DNA of 32,000 nt, taken from Candidatus Thorarchaeota archaeon. Lineage in GTDB: Archaea > Asgardarchaeota > Heimdallarchaeia > Hodarchaeales > Hodarchaeaceae. Made by a program: the position numbers and the translations under genes. The notes beneath the pieces are model-generated. The model was given only the letters and a program-made list of their open reading frames with translations. It was not told the DNA's origin and ran no database searches. The stretch is taken from assembly GCA_048882505.1 (NCBI GenBank), contig JBHLRO010000011.1, positions 87,486 through 119,485 of the forward strand, given 5' to 3'. Of this stretch, positions 1 through 8,561 are shown piece by piece (within the stretch, counting starts at the first letter, position 1; the number at the start of each line of letters is the position of its first letter).

Positions 1-120
1 GGTGCTGGACTTTGGGTGAGTGGTATCTACCTTTTGAAAGAAGCTCTTCAGGATATTCGTAGGCTCGAAAAAACCCAATTCGCTCACCAATTTAATCATA
101 ACAAAGATAACAGTAACTGA
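1..120 (+). CDS. 3' end of an upstream CDS (partial), unknown product
   Basis: Frame 1 is open from the window edge (GAGLWVSGIYLLKEALQDIRRLEK...) to TGA at 118-120, 26 bp before the next co-oriented gene. Confidence 0.45.
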   Translation, partial: GAGLWVSGIYLLKEALQDIRRLEKTQFAHQFNHNKDNSN

Positions 121-146
121 AAGAAACGATCCTTTCTCTGGTTTAA

Positions 147-1172
147 ATGATGGTAAAACCGTTCAGAGTAATTCACGTGGGTCTTGGACCTATGGGGCGC
201 TTAATAGCTCGACTTATCATAGAGCGACCAAACCTCGACTTAGTAGGCGCTGTCGACATTGCTCCTGGGTTAGTTGGCAGATCTTTATCGGATATTCTTG
301 CGATTTCCGCTGGCCCAGCAGTAATTGTACGCCCTTCTCTCGCGGAAGTTCTCGAAACAAATCCAGTAGACGTTGTCGTAATAGCAACAGCATCCACACT
401 CCCCCACGTTGCCCCTCTTATTCAAGAATCGGTTTTGGCAAAATGCAATGTGATTTCAATCTGTGAAGAACTCGCGTTTCCTTATAGAAGATACCCTGAC
501 CTTTCAGAACAACTAAGTGAGGTAGCTGTTACCAAGGGAGTAACAATTACAGGAACGGGGATTAATCCTGGCTATCTTATGGATCTTCTTCCAATAGTTC
601 TAGCGGCCCCGTGCCAGAGAGTGGACAAAATATCCGTAACTCGGATGATGAATTCAGGACGGAGACGAACCCCATTCCAACGGAAGATTGGTACTGGTCT
701 CAGCACTGTGGAATTTGAGAAAAAAATCAAAGAACATCTGATAACGGGCCATGTTGGGCTCGAAGAATCGATCAGGTTGATCATGTCCGCGATGGGAATA
801 GAATGTGAAGATGTTTATGAATATCCCCCAGAAGCCATTACGGCAAATTCGGAATTTACTACTTCATATGGTGAGCTAGTGCCAGAAGGTTATGTCTGTG
901 GTTTACGTAGTCGAGCAACTGCAAACTACAATGGTCGGGAGTTTATCAATCTGGAATTTATCGCGTACGCAGGCGATCAAGAGGAATATGATTCTGTGGT
1001 GATTGAAGGATTTCCTCCTATTAATCAAAAAATCATAGGTGGCGTCCATGGTGACCTTGGTACCGCCGCTATGGTTGCAAACCTGATTCCAAGGGTCGTA
1101 AATGCAGCGCCGGGGATACAAACAATGAAGGACCTCCCAATCCCCTCGTATACAGCCAATGTTTGGCGCTAA
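147..1172 (+). CDS. NAD(P)-dependent amine dehydrogenase / 2,4-diaminopentanoate dehydrogenase-like protein (DapB-like N-terminal Rossmann fold)
   Basis: Rossmann motif HVGLGPMG and GAVD; family-typical GTGINPG, TGHVGLEES and GDLGTAAMVANLIPRVVNAAPG...DLP. Substrate cannot be assigned. Confidence 0.75.
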   Translation: MMVKPFRVIHVGLGPMGRLIARLIIERPNLDLVGAVDIAPGLVGRSLSDILAISAGPAVIVRPSLAEVLETNPVDVVVIATASTLPHVAPLIQESVLAKCNVISICEELAFPYRRYPDLSEQLSEVAVTKGVTITGTGINPGYLMDLLPIVLAAPCQRVDKISVTRMMNSGRRRTPFQRKIGTGLSTVEFEKKIKEHLITGHVGLEESIRLIMSAMGIECEDVYEYPPEAITANSEFTTSYGELVPEGYVCGLRSRATANYNGREFINLEFIAYAGDQEEYDSVVIEGFPPINQKIIGGVHGDLGTAAMVANLIPRVVNAAPGIQTMKDLPIPSYTANVWR

Positions 1173-1224
1173 ACAAATGTACTGGCATTGGATCCCGATC
1201 AACTGGTATTAGTAGATTAGGTTC

Positions 1225-2157
1225 TTAATGGACTGAAAGGGTCTCCATCGGTGAACCTTCGCCTCCAATAAGTATGGTGTGGAGCTTGTTCGCGTATTCT
1301 TCGCTGTTGGTATCCAAGGGCCTAATTTCGATCTTTTCTGGTCTATTTACTCCAAGTCCCAACTCTACAGCCCGAGATATCTGCTCTTGCTCGAAAATTG
1401 GACCGTTTGAGACCTCTTTCGTTGTACCATAATCACGAAGGATCGCTACTCCTACCGCATCAATAGCAATTCGATCTGGACTAGCTAACATTACATTGGG
1501 CGATACCAAAGTACCCCTCTCTGGTCCGCCATCAATAAATGCCTTCATACCATCCATAATGACTAATGTTGAATTAAAAACCTGGTTTATTTCGGCGATC
1601 ATACTCCGCTGGCGCGGAGAAGAGTGTAGTTCTTTCATATACGAATATCCATGACGCGGAACCAAACCGACCGCCAATTTAAGCGATAGTGTGAAATGCC
1701 CTCCAAAACGATGCGTCTTCAGACAGGGAAGTGCTATAAACGCATCAGCCCTTTTGATGAGTTTCGGAAACAGAAATCCGTCTCGCCAGTGTGACCCCTC
1801 TGGGCGGATATGGATCCACTCGTGTTCGGGTAAGGTGGAAAGATCTACAATGTTGAATCCCCGGATCTCTTCCTGGAGCTGATATAGCCCCTTCATCCTC
1901 ATTGTATCGTAGGTGTTCGCGGGGCCTGCGCGTTCCGCAACTATGATCTTTTTGGGATCATTCCCCTTTATATGCTCGATGACTCGCCTCAATAATTGAA
2001 TATCGGTAGATGCTGGCGGTGGATCTGCGGTATTGAAGTTCGGCTTAATTACCACGATCTTTTGATGTAGCGAGGTGAATAAATCCTTATAGTGAGCAAA
2101 AATAGCCTCAAGTCCCTCCTTTGCGCTATCGGTGTGGATTAGGGCAACTTCGGACAT
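1225..2157 (-). CDS. DUF362 domain-containing protein
   Basis: VVIKPNFNTADPPPAST, AERAGP, LPCLKTH...FTLSLKLAVG and DRIAIDAVG motifs. ATG at 2157 is preferred over the ORF-track start (2178) because GGAGGT lies just upstream on the minus strand. Confidence 0.85.
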   Translation of the reverse strand: MSEVALIHTDSAKEGLEAIFAHYKDLFTSLHQKIVVIKPNFNTADPPPASTDIQLLRRVIEHIKGNDPKKIIVAERAGPANTYDTMRMKGLYQLQEEIRGFNIVDLSTLPEHEWIHIRPEGSHWRDGFLFPKLIKRADAFIALPCLKTHRFGGHFTLSLKLAVGLVPRHGYSYMKELHSSPRQRSMIAEINQVFNSTLVIMDGMKAFIDGGPERGTLVSPNVMLASPDRIAIDAVGVAILRDYGTTKEVSNGPIFEQEQISRAVELGLGVNRPEKIEIRPLDTNSEEYANKLHTILIGGEGSPMETLSVH

Positions 2158-2386
2158 TTTACAACCTCCAATCAGCAATCATATTAATTGTCAACTAGTT
2201 CGCATTACCCCTTATATTCGTATGTAGGCAATCAGAGAGAGTAAGTTGTTTCCAATTTTGAATCCGATAACGTCGGAATATTGGAATGAGGGGAAGAATC
2301 TTTTTAACCTATACCTCCGTTTTCCTCCCACCTTTTTAAAACCAATCCTAGATTCAAGTCATCTTGGTATCTTGGAGCGTGTTCTC

Positions 2387-2995
2387 ATGGCGAAGATTGA
2401 CTTTAAAAAAGAATTAAAAGGGATATATTCCAATGTTTCATCTACAAAGTTTTCTATTGTGGATGTTCCTCCCCTTAATTTTCTGATGATTGATGGTCAA
2501 GGTGATCCTAACACATCGGCCGAGTATCAAGCTGCTATGGAGGCCCTGTACCCGATAACATATACCCTGAAGTTCATGATGAAGGAGAAAGGGAAGGATT
2601 ATGTAGTTATGCCCTTGGAAGGACTTTGGTGGGTGCCAAACATGGAAAATTTCAGTGAGGAAAATAAGGACGCCTGGTACTGGACCTCCATGATCATGCA
2701 ACCAGATTTTGTAACTCCTGCTTTGTTTGATCAGGCAATAGTCGAGGTTAAGAAAAAAAAAGCGCCTTCAGCATTGGATAAGGTTCGTTTCGAAGTATAT
2801 GAAGAAGGCAAATCCGCACAAATTTTGTATTTTGGGCCCTACTCTGATGAAGGTTCGACTATCGCGAATCTCCACGAATTTATTGAAAGGCAAGGTTATT
2901 CTCGCCGTGGCAAACACCACGAGATATATTTGTCCGATCCAAGACGAACGAAACCTGATCGGTTAAAAACGATCATTAGGCAACCGGTGAGCTAG
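2387..2995 (+). CDS. GyrI-like small-molecule-binding domain protein
   Basis: KIDFKKELK, FLMIDGQGDPN, PLEGLWW, HFGPY-like YFGPYSDE and HHEIYLSDPRR...LKTIIRQP. Family similarity begins at ATG 2387, so the TTG-started extension from 2246 is probably not coding. Confidence 0.85.
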   Translation: MAKIDFKKELKGIYSNVSSTKFSIVDVPPLNFLMIDGQGDPNTSAEYQAAMEALYPITYTLKFMMKEKGKDYVVMPLEGLWWVPNMENFSEENKDAWYWTSMIMQPDFVTPALFDQAIVEVKKKKAPSALDKVRFEVYEEGKSAQILYFGPYSDEGSTIANLHEFIERQGYSRRGKHHEIYLSDPRRTKPDRLKTIIRQPVS

Positions 2996-3123
2996 AACTG
3001 ATCATAAGAGGAGTTTTTTCGCAAAGTTAAAGGCCTCCAATGCTTTTTTAAAATGAAAAACACTCTAAGGGATTATTCTAGAGATCTGTTTTCTGAAACC
3101 TGAATTCAACAAGAGGGACAACA

Positions 3124-3819
3124 GTGTTCATTGGACATTATGGTATATCTTTCGCTCTAAAAAAGTATGATCAGACTTTATCCTTGGGCATCTTATTCAT
3201 CGCTGCGTAACTAACCGACATTTTTTTCACTGCTTTCATTATTTTGGGAATTGAAAATGCTCGAATTGTTCCAGGCTTTGCTGAAGCCTCCTTTTTCGAC
3301 CTCTATAATTTCCCCTTTTCTCATAGTCTATTAGGAACACTTTTCATGGCATTTGCTGCCTATCTCGTATTCCAGTATTGTATTCTTAGATTCAGCCAAA
3401 AAACAAAAGAGGAAAAGAACCAAACGTCTCTTCTGGTGGGAGTAGCAGTATCTTCACATTATTTTTTGGATTTTTTGGTCCATACTCCAGATTTACTCAT
3501 AATTCCTGGTATTGATTTAAAAATTGGGTTAGGTTTATGGAATTTTTGCCCAATAACGTTACTTTTAGAGTTAACGACCTTATTGGGAGGATATGTGATC
3601 TATTTCAGGGTGACCCGTCCTGGAGAAGGAGTCATAGGAAAATACGCGATGGGAGTGTTTATGGTGGTTCTTCTATTGACATCTACCATCCTTATTACCC
3701 CTGTTCCTCCGCCAGGTCTTGAAATAACTAGTGCTTCGTTTTTCCTTATATTACTCCTTTTAACCTTTGCTGGTGTGGCTTATTGGCTGGATAGGACACG
3801 AGCTCCGATTAGCGGTTGA
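3124..3819 (+). pseudogene. Membrane-bound metal-dependent hydrolase (YdjM-like) interrupted by an in-frame TAA
   Basis: GTG 3124 gives MFIGHYGISFALKK...LGILFIAA*LTDIFF..., in frame with the 3244..3819 ORF. The stop is TAA at 3208-3210. FSHSLLG and SSHYFLDFLVH motifs and several TM segments are intact downstream. Confidence 0.7.
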
Positions 3820-4078
3820 AAACAACGCATTTTGAACGATTCAAACAGAAGAATTCTTAATTATGGCTCCATAGATGATAGCAAATATTTTTTACTTTTT
3901 GGCAAGCTTTAAAAGTTATCCTTCTCAAAAAGTATCAGAAAATATAGGTGCAGTTTTTCAACTAATAGTGTCAGTAAAGACGTGAAAATGTCTGCTAGCA
4001 TTGATAACGGTTGGGAAACAGTATTTCGGCAGTAAAACCTAGATTTCAAAACCAGTTGGAAAAGAGATGAACTAATAG

Positions 4079-5161
4079 ATGAGCTTTCAAGAGTTAATAT
4101 CAAATTTGGGTGGGATGTATAACTTTGGTGATGCTATGTCGCATGATCAATTCACGGTATTTCCAATCTTGTCCAGAGGAACTACCGATTCGGGTGTACT
4201 AGGCATTATGGAAACCGAGGAGAAGGAACAGGCCTGGATACAAGAAACGGAAGGATCTGAAAGAGTGGACAAATTATTGGCGGTCAATAAGACCGAATTT
4301 CCTGTTTTAATTCCTTATCTCCATCAGGTTGAAGGAGGTAAGCAAGATAGGACAATCTTTGAACCAATCCTTGTACCTTCTGGGTACACTGAATCACAGC
4401 CTTTGGATATCCCTGCCAAGTGTATTGAACAATCTCGTTGGACTTATCGCAACTCGCGAGGTGCGGCGACATCCCACAAATTCAGATCAGCCAAAACTCG
4501 GTTGGCTAGCCATATGGCAAACATTTCGACCAATCAAACTACTCAAGGGATCATGTGGGATTCTATAGCTGCTGCATCCTCTGTTTTGGGGTACGGACGA
4601 GCTGAGGCACCGACGAGTTCATTCCGAGAAATTCAGGAGCACGCATACACAGAAGAAAAGGATTTGTCTGAGCTTCTAGAGAAGCTTACGCCAGCTGTTC
4701 AGATCAAGGGCCAGGTCGGATTGGTTGCATTTTATGGGGGAAAAATTTTGGGGGTGGAGATTTATGGATCACCCAACTTATGGCCTCAATTCAGTGAATT
4801 AGTGCTGAAAGGATTTTTAGCAGATTGGATGTTTCTAAAGGAAAAAGAGACCAAAGGAAAAATACCCTCTGATTTGGATCAATATCTTCGGAAGGAATTT
4901 TCTAAGATAAAAATAACCAAGGATGATGCAACTGGAGCTGGCCAACTATATCGGTTTTCTGACCAAAAATGGCAAGGGATTTGTATTCAATATGAAGGAG
5001 TTCCGCTTCACCTTTATGCTGCCAAAGAGCACATTGATATACTTAAAGGTCGGCGACGTTCAGGTCCAGGTATGGTTCGGCGTGAATCAAATGTTATAGA
5101 GACTGCTGCCATGCAACAAACGATATCTAATCGGATGGCTCCTGGAGATCAGGATGAATAG
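4079..5161 (+). CDS. ARPP-1 (DUF6569) family protein
   Basis: FTVFPI, E..GSERVDKLLAVN, GGKQDRT...ILVP, IPAKCIEQSRW, QGIMWDSI and QVGLVAFYGGKILGVEIYGSP match the family pattern as I recall it. Confidence 0.75.
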   Translation: MSFQELISNLGGMYNFGDAMSHDQFTVFPILSRGTTDSGVLGIMETEEKEQAWIQETEGSERVDKLLAVNKTEFPVLIPYLHQVEGGKQDRTIFEPILVPSGYTESQPLDIPAKCIEQSRWTYRNSRGAATSHKFRSAKTRLASHMANISTNQTTQGIMWDSIAAASSVLGYGRAEAPTSSFREIQEHAYTEEKDLSELLEKLTPAVQIKGQVGLVAFYGGKILGVEIYGSPNLWPQFSELVLKGFLADWMFLKEKETKGKIPSDLDQYLRKEFSKIKITKDDATGAGQLYRFSDQKWQGICIQYEGVPLHLYAAKEHIDILKGRRRSGPGMVRRESNVIETAAMQQTISNRMAPGDQDE

Positions 5162-5175
5162 GCACCACGAGGTGC
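5162..5175 (+). promoter_or_regulatory. Perfect 5-bp hairpin/palindrome GCACC-ACGA-GGTGC containing the SD (GAGGTG) of the downstream gene
   Basis: Starts immediately after the ARPP-1 stop (5159-5161) and ends 6 nt before TTG 5182. Confidence 0.45.
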
Positions 5176-5181
5176 GATCTC

Positions 5182-5793
5182 TTGTTTGATGTTTTGGCCG
5201 CGAAAGGTACAAGACAAATTTTGGAGTATATCAGTAGGAATCCTAACCAGACGAGTAGTGACATACACCACCAACTAAGGTCTGAGCTCACTACTGCGAC
5301 TATTTATCGCCGTTTAAAGGAGTTAGAGCTGGTGGGGTTCATCGCTCGGGAACCTCCACATTCTAACTCATTGATTTTAACAGAGCGGGGTCAAATAATC
5401 CTTGAAAGGTATATTCGAACACAACCTGAACTAGGAGAGTTAAGACGTACCAGAAGAGCAATTCTCCATCACCTCAAAGAGGATCCGACGGTTAATGTAG
5501 CTGAATTGAGTGAAAGAGCCCAAATTTCATCCCGAACGCTAAATAAGGAACTTAAAGAACTCTCCGAAATGGGATTGGTAGAGATTCAACGAAATTCGCC
5601 TGCTTCGATCCCGACTACAGGACCAGATCGAGACGTACCGCCTCCTGTGAAGTTAAAATCGAAAAAAAGAAGACGGGGAAGACCAGCCAAACGACATCGG
5701 CTGACTAGGAAAGGAGAGAGAATTTATTTAAGACAGAAACAACTTGAGGAAGAAAAAGTCCAGGAGAAAAAGCAAGAGTCAGATTTAGACTAA
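5182..5793 (+). CDS. Tandem winged-helix DNA-binding protein (ArsR/MarR-like)
   Basis: Two wHTH units: RQILEYI...TATIYRRLKELELVGFI...LTERG, and RAILHHL...SRTLNKELKELSEMGLV...GRP..HRLTRKG. TTG start with GAGGTG SD. Confidence 0.8.
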   Translation: MFDVLAAKGTRQILEYISRNPNQTSSDIHHQLRSELTTATIYRRLKELELVGFIAREPPHSNSLILTERGQIILERYIRTQPELGELRRTRRAILHHLKEDPTVNVAELSERAQISSRTLNKELKELSEMGLVEIQRNSPASIPTTGPDRDVPPPVKLKSKKRRRGRPAKRHRLTRKGERIYLRQKQLEEEKVQEKKQESDLD

Positions 5794-5931
5794 AAAGATA
5801 TGGAAAATTAGCGCGAAAAATGCCCAGCTATTCATTGGAAATTATTGGATTTCTTTATTGCACGAAAAATCTGCATTACCCAGAAGGTATCGTTTTAAGA
5901 CCCTTCCTTCGTTTGTGGATTGAGAGACAAA

Positions 5932-6396
5932 ATGGAAATTAAAGAGCTGGAATTTGAAACTGCTGCCCTGAATCATCTATCAGCAGTGATTTTACTCCTG
6001 AAACGTTTTAAACTTCCAGTAGAAGATGTCGAAAGCCAGCTGGCTAATTTTGTTGTTCTAAAAACTCAGGATCAGATAGTTGGTTGCGCTGGGCTTGAGA
6101 TTTACGGCAGTATTGCTCTTCTACGATCAGTGGCGGTACATCCTGATTGGCAAGGCAGAAGTCTAGGCAAAAAATTGGTTGAACACATGATGAACCGTGC
6201 CCATAACGAGGGAGTTGAGCGGGTTTATCTCCTGACTGAAACGGGGAAAGGATACTTCCTTAAATTTGGTTTTAGATCGCTTAGGAGAGATGAGGTGGAC
6301 GAAAAGATCAAACAAACCGAGGAATTCGCAAAACTATGTCCTGAATCTGCTATACCAATGGTTCGAGACTTGACATCAACGTTTGCATCTTTTTAA
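5932..6396 (+). CDS. GNAT N-acetyltransferase, ArsN2-like family
   Basis: LPVEDV, VGCAGLEIYGSIALLRSVAVHP..QGRSLG, VYLLT, F..LCPESA. ATG 5932 is preferred over TTG 5920. Confidence 0.8.
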   Translation: MEIKELEFETAALNHLSAVILLLKRFKLPVEDVESQLANFVVLKTQDQIVGCAGLEIYGSIALLRSVAVHPDWQGRSLGKKLVEHMMNRAHNEGVERVYLLTETGKGYFLKFGFRSLRRDEVDEKIKQTEEFAKLCPESAIPMVRDLTSTFASF

Positions 6397-6430
6397 TACG
6401 CTTTATAGATTTGCTTGCAAAAGAAGGAAA

Positions 6431-7687
6431 ATGTCAACCATGCCCTCAAATGTATTGGATAGATTTCTACGGTATGTAAAAGTTCATACAACGAGTCAGC
6501 CTGGAATAGAGGAAGTCCCAAGCACCAAACGCCAGTTTAACCTTGCAAATTTACTTCGAGATGAATTAAAAGCGATTGGACTCTCTGAGGCTACAGTTAC
6601 TGAAAATTGCTATGTGATTACGACAATACCATCAAATTTGTCTCCTGAGGAAACAAAAAAGGTTCCTGTCCTGTGTTTGCTTGCCCATATGGACACATCG
6701 CCCGAAGAACCGGGTGAAAACGTTAAACCCCGTATTGTTAGAAATTACGACGGTGGGGTGATAACCTTTCCAGGCAATCCTGATCTTATTCTATCCCCTG
6801 AAGAGACCCCAAAACTGAAACGGTTCGTCGGGAGTGACATTGTAACCTCTGATGGAACCACATTACTTGGTGGCGATAATAAAGCTGGAATAGCCGTTAT
6901 TATGACGGTGGTTGCGACTCTTATATCGAATTCTTCCATTAAACATGGAACATTAAAAATTGTGTTTACACCAGATGAAGAGGTTGGCCATGGTGTGGAT
7001 GCGCTTGATGTGGAAGCTTTAGGAGCTGATATTGGCTATACAATTGATGGCGATGAGATGGGGGTTCTGGAATCCGAGACGTTTAATGCCGCGGGAGGTA
7101 CAGTTACTGTAAAGGGATTTAATTTTCATCCTGGTTATGCTAAGGATAAGCTTGTCAACGCTGTTCGCATTATGGCAGAAATTCTAGGCAAATTTCCTTT
7201 GGATCAGGCTCCTGAGACAACTGAGGGAATGGAGGGGTATTTCCATGCCTATAATGTGCAAGGAAATGTAAATGAGACAAAGTTAAGTTTTATAATCAGA
7301 GATTTCGACTATATCGAAATGAAGAAGAAGATGGAATATATAGAAACGGTAATACAATCGGTTCGGGAGCGTTTTCCTAAAGCAAGAATCATCCTTGATC
7401 TCAAAGAGCAATACAAGAATATGAGATTCAAGTTAGAAGATGTCCCATTTGCTATTGAATATGCAGAAGAGGCTATCAAGATGACTGGGATCCCAGTGAT
7501 TCGTAAGGCCGTTCGTGGCGGTACTGACGGTGCTCGACTGAGCTATATGGGACTCCCTACTCCCAATATCTTTTCTGGTGCCATGAATTTCCATAGCAAG
7601 AAAGAGTTCGTTCCTGTCATCTCTATGGAAAAATCGGTAGAAACTGTGGTGAATCTAATTCAAATCTACGTTGATAAGTCGCTATAG
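6431..7687 (+). CDS. pepT: Peptidase T (M20 tripeptide aminopeptidase)
   Basis: RFLRYVKV.T.S, AHMDTSP, TSDGTTLLGGDNKAG, FTPDEEVG, HPGYAK.KLVNA, RGGTDGARLSYMGLPTPNIF and NFHSKKEF. Start is ATG 6431 or 6440. Confidence 0.92.
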   Translation: MSTMPSNVLDRFLRYVKVHTTSQPGIEEVPSTKRQFNLANLLRDELKAIGLSEATVTENCYVITTIPSNLSPEETKKVPVLCLLAHMDTSPEEPGENVKPRIVRNYDGGVITFPGNPDLILSPEETPKLKRFVGSDIVTSDGTTLLGGDNKAGIAVIMTVVATLISNSSIKHGTLKIVFTPDEEVGHGVDALDVEALGADIGYTIDGDEMGVLESETFNAAGGTVTVKGFNFHPGYAKDKLVNAVRIMAEILGKFPLDQAPETTEGMEGYFHAYNVQGNVNETKLSFIIRDFDYIEMKKKMEYIETVIQSVRERFPKARIILDLKEQYKNMRFKLEDVPFAIEYAEEAIKMTGIPVIRKAVRGGTDGARLSYMGLPTPNIFSGAMNFHSKKEFVPVISMEKSVETVVNLIQIYVDKSL

Positions 7688-7726
7688 CCGTAAAATTTTT
7701 CCTGTTACTTGAGTTCAGTTTGTTTT

Positions 7727-8338
7727 ATGAAAATCTATGACATTTCCTCATCTATTCACCCTCAGATGTCGGTTTATCCTGGGGATCCTCCCCCTCGTTT
7801 TAGAACTCTAGTCTTCCCGGCCGAAACCTCCTCAGCTAGAATGACCTGGATAGAATTCAATTCTCATACGGGTACTCATGTCGACGCAGCCGCTCACCTT
7901 TTCCCAGATGGACAAACTATCGATCTGATGTCGTTGTCCTCATTGATTGGAGACGCGGAGGTAGTTATGTTCAATGACCCTGAACATATGTACCCTGATT
8001 ACTATAAGGAGACGATACCTCTACGGGATACAATCTTGCTTTTAAAGACTTCTGTAAATAATTCTCGGGTAACAGGGGGAGGAAACCTTAGTCCGGAAGT
8101 AATCCGATTTTTTATCCAACAAGGGATTAAGGCCATCGGAATTGACACTTTATCCATAGAAGGAGTGGCACATTCTGGCCTTATGAACCACAGGTTATTG
8201 TTAAAAGCTCGTATCCCAATCATAGAAGGCCTGGTATTAAATCATGTTCCCTTTGGGCATTATTTCTGTGTTTGTCTTCCGTTAAAATTCAAAGGTCTTG
8301 ATGGCGCCCCTTCACGTTGTGTTTTAATTCGTTTCTAA
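7727..8338 (+). CDS. Cyclase family / kynurenine formamidase-like metal-dependent hydrolase
   Basis: YPGDP, HTGTHVDAAAH, GIDTLSIE, IPIIEGL and LPLKFKGLDGAPSR. Confidence 0.85.
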   Translation: MKIYDISSSIHPQMSVYPGDPPPRFRTLVFPAETSSARMTWIEFNSHTGTHVDAAAHLFPDGQTIDLMSLSSLIGDAEVVMFNDPEHMYPDYYKETIPLRDTILLLKTSVNNSRVTGGGNLSPEVIRFFIQQGIKAIGIDTLSIEGVAHSGLMNHRLLLKARIPIIEGLVLNHVPFGHYFCVCLPLKFKGLDGAPSRCVLIRF

Positions 8339-8483
8339 TAATGGTTTAGATTCTAGCTTTTTACCTACCATCTGAAGGTAATTGGGTGAAATGATGCCCA
8401 TAAATATGATATAGAAACCTTTTTCATCTCTCCCCCATAACATTACATGTTTTGAGGATAGAATCCAGTAAGAAAAAACAAAG

Positions 8484-8509
8484 AAACTTCTTTTTATTCA
8501 CAGAAGTTT
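8484..8509. promoter_or_regulatory. 8-bp perfect inverted repeat AAACTTCT-N10-AGAAGTTT bracketing a TATA-like TTTTTATT
   Basis: Arms at 8484-8491 and 8502-8509, about 50 bp upstream of ATG 8562 of the giant gene. Confidence 0.4.
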
Positions 8510-8561
8510 GAAATCTAAAAGAACCACCTGCTTGGTTAAATTTGTCATAGAGTTTTTAGAG

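Noticed and set aside
3208-3210. TAA reassignment to Gln (alternative genetic code)
   Set aside because: Many clear genes here end in TAA at their expected C-termini (1172, 26871, 27859, 28731, 29402), and no other internal TAA was seen.
5650-5700. KKRRRGRP in the wHTH protein as an NLS or AT-hook
   Set aside because: GRP with flanking basic residues is common in the wing of prokaryotic wHTH regulators.
5811-5870. GCGCGAAAAAT / GCACGAAAAAT near-repeat upstream of the ArsN2-like gene, resembling E2F/SCB sites, next to a wHTH gene
   Set aside because: Short, A-rich and only two copies; the resemblance to eukaryotic sites is most likely coincidence.
6860-6890. PepT GGDNKAG instead of GADDKAG as a sign of inactivation
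   Set aside because: The first, metal-bridging Asp is retained, D-N-K occurs in other M20 peptidases, and all other ligands are present.
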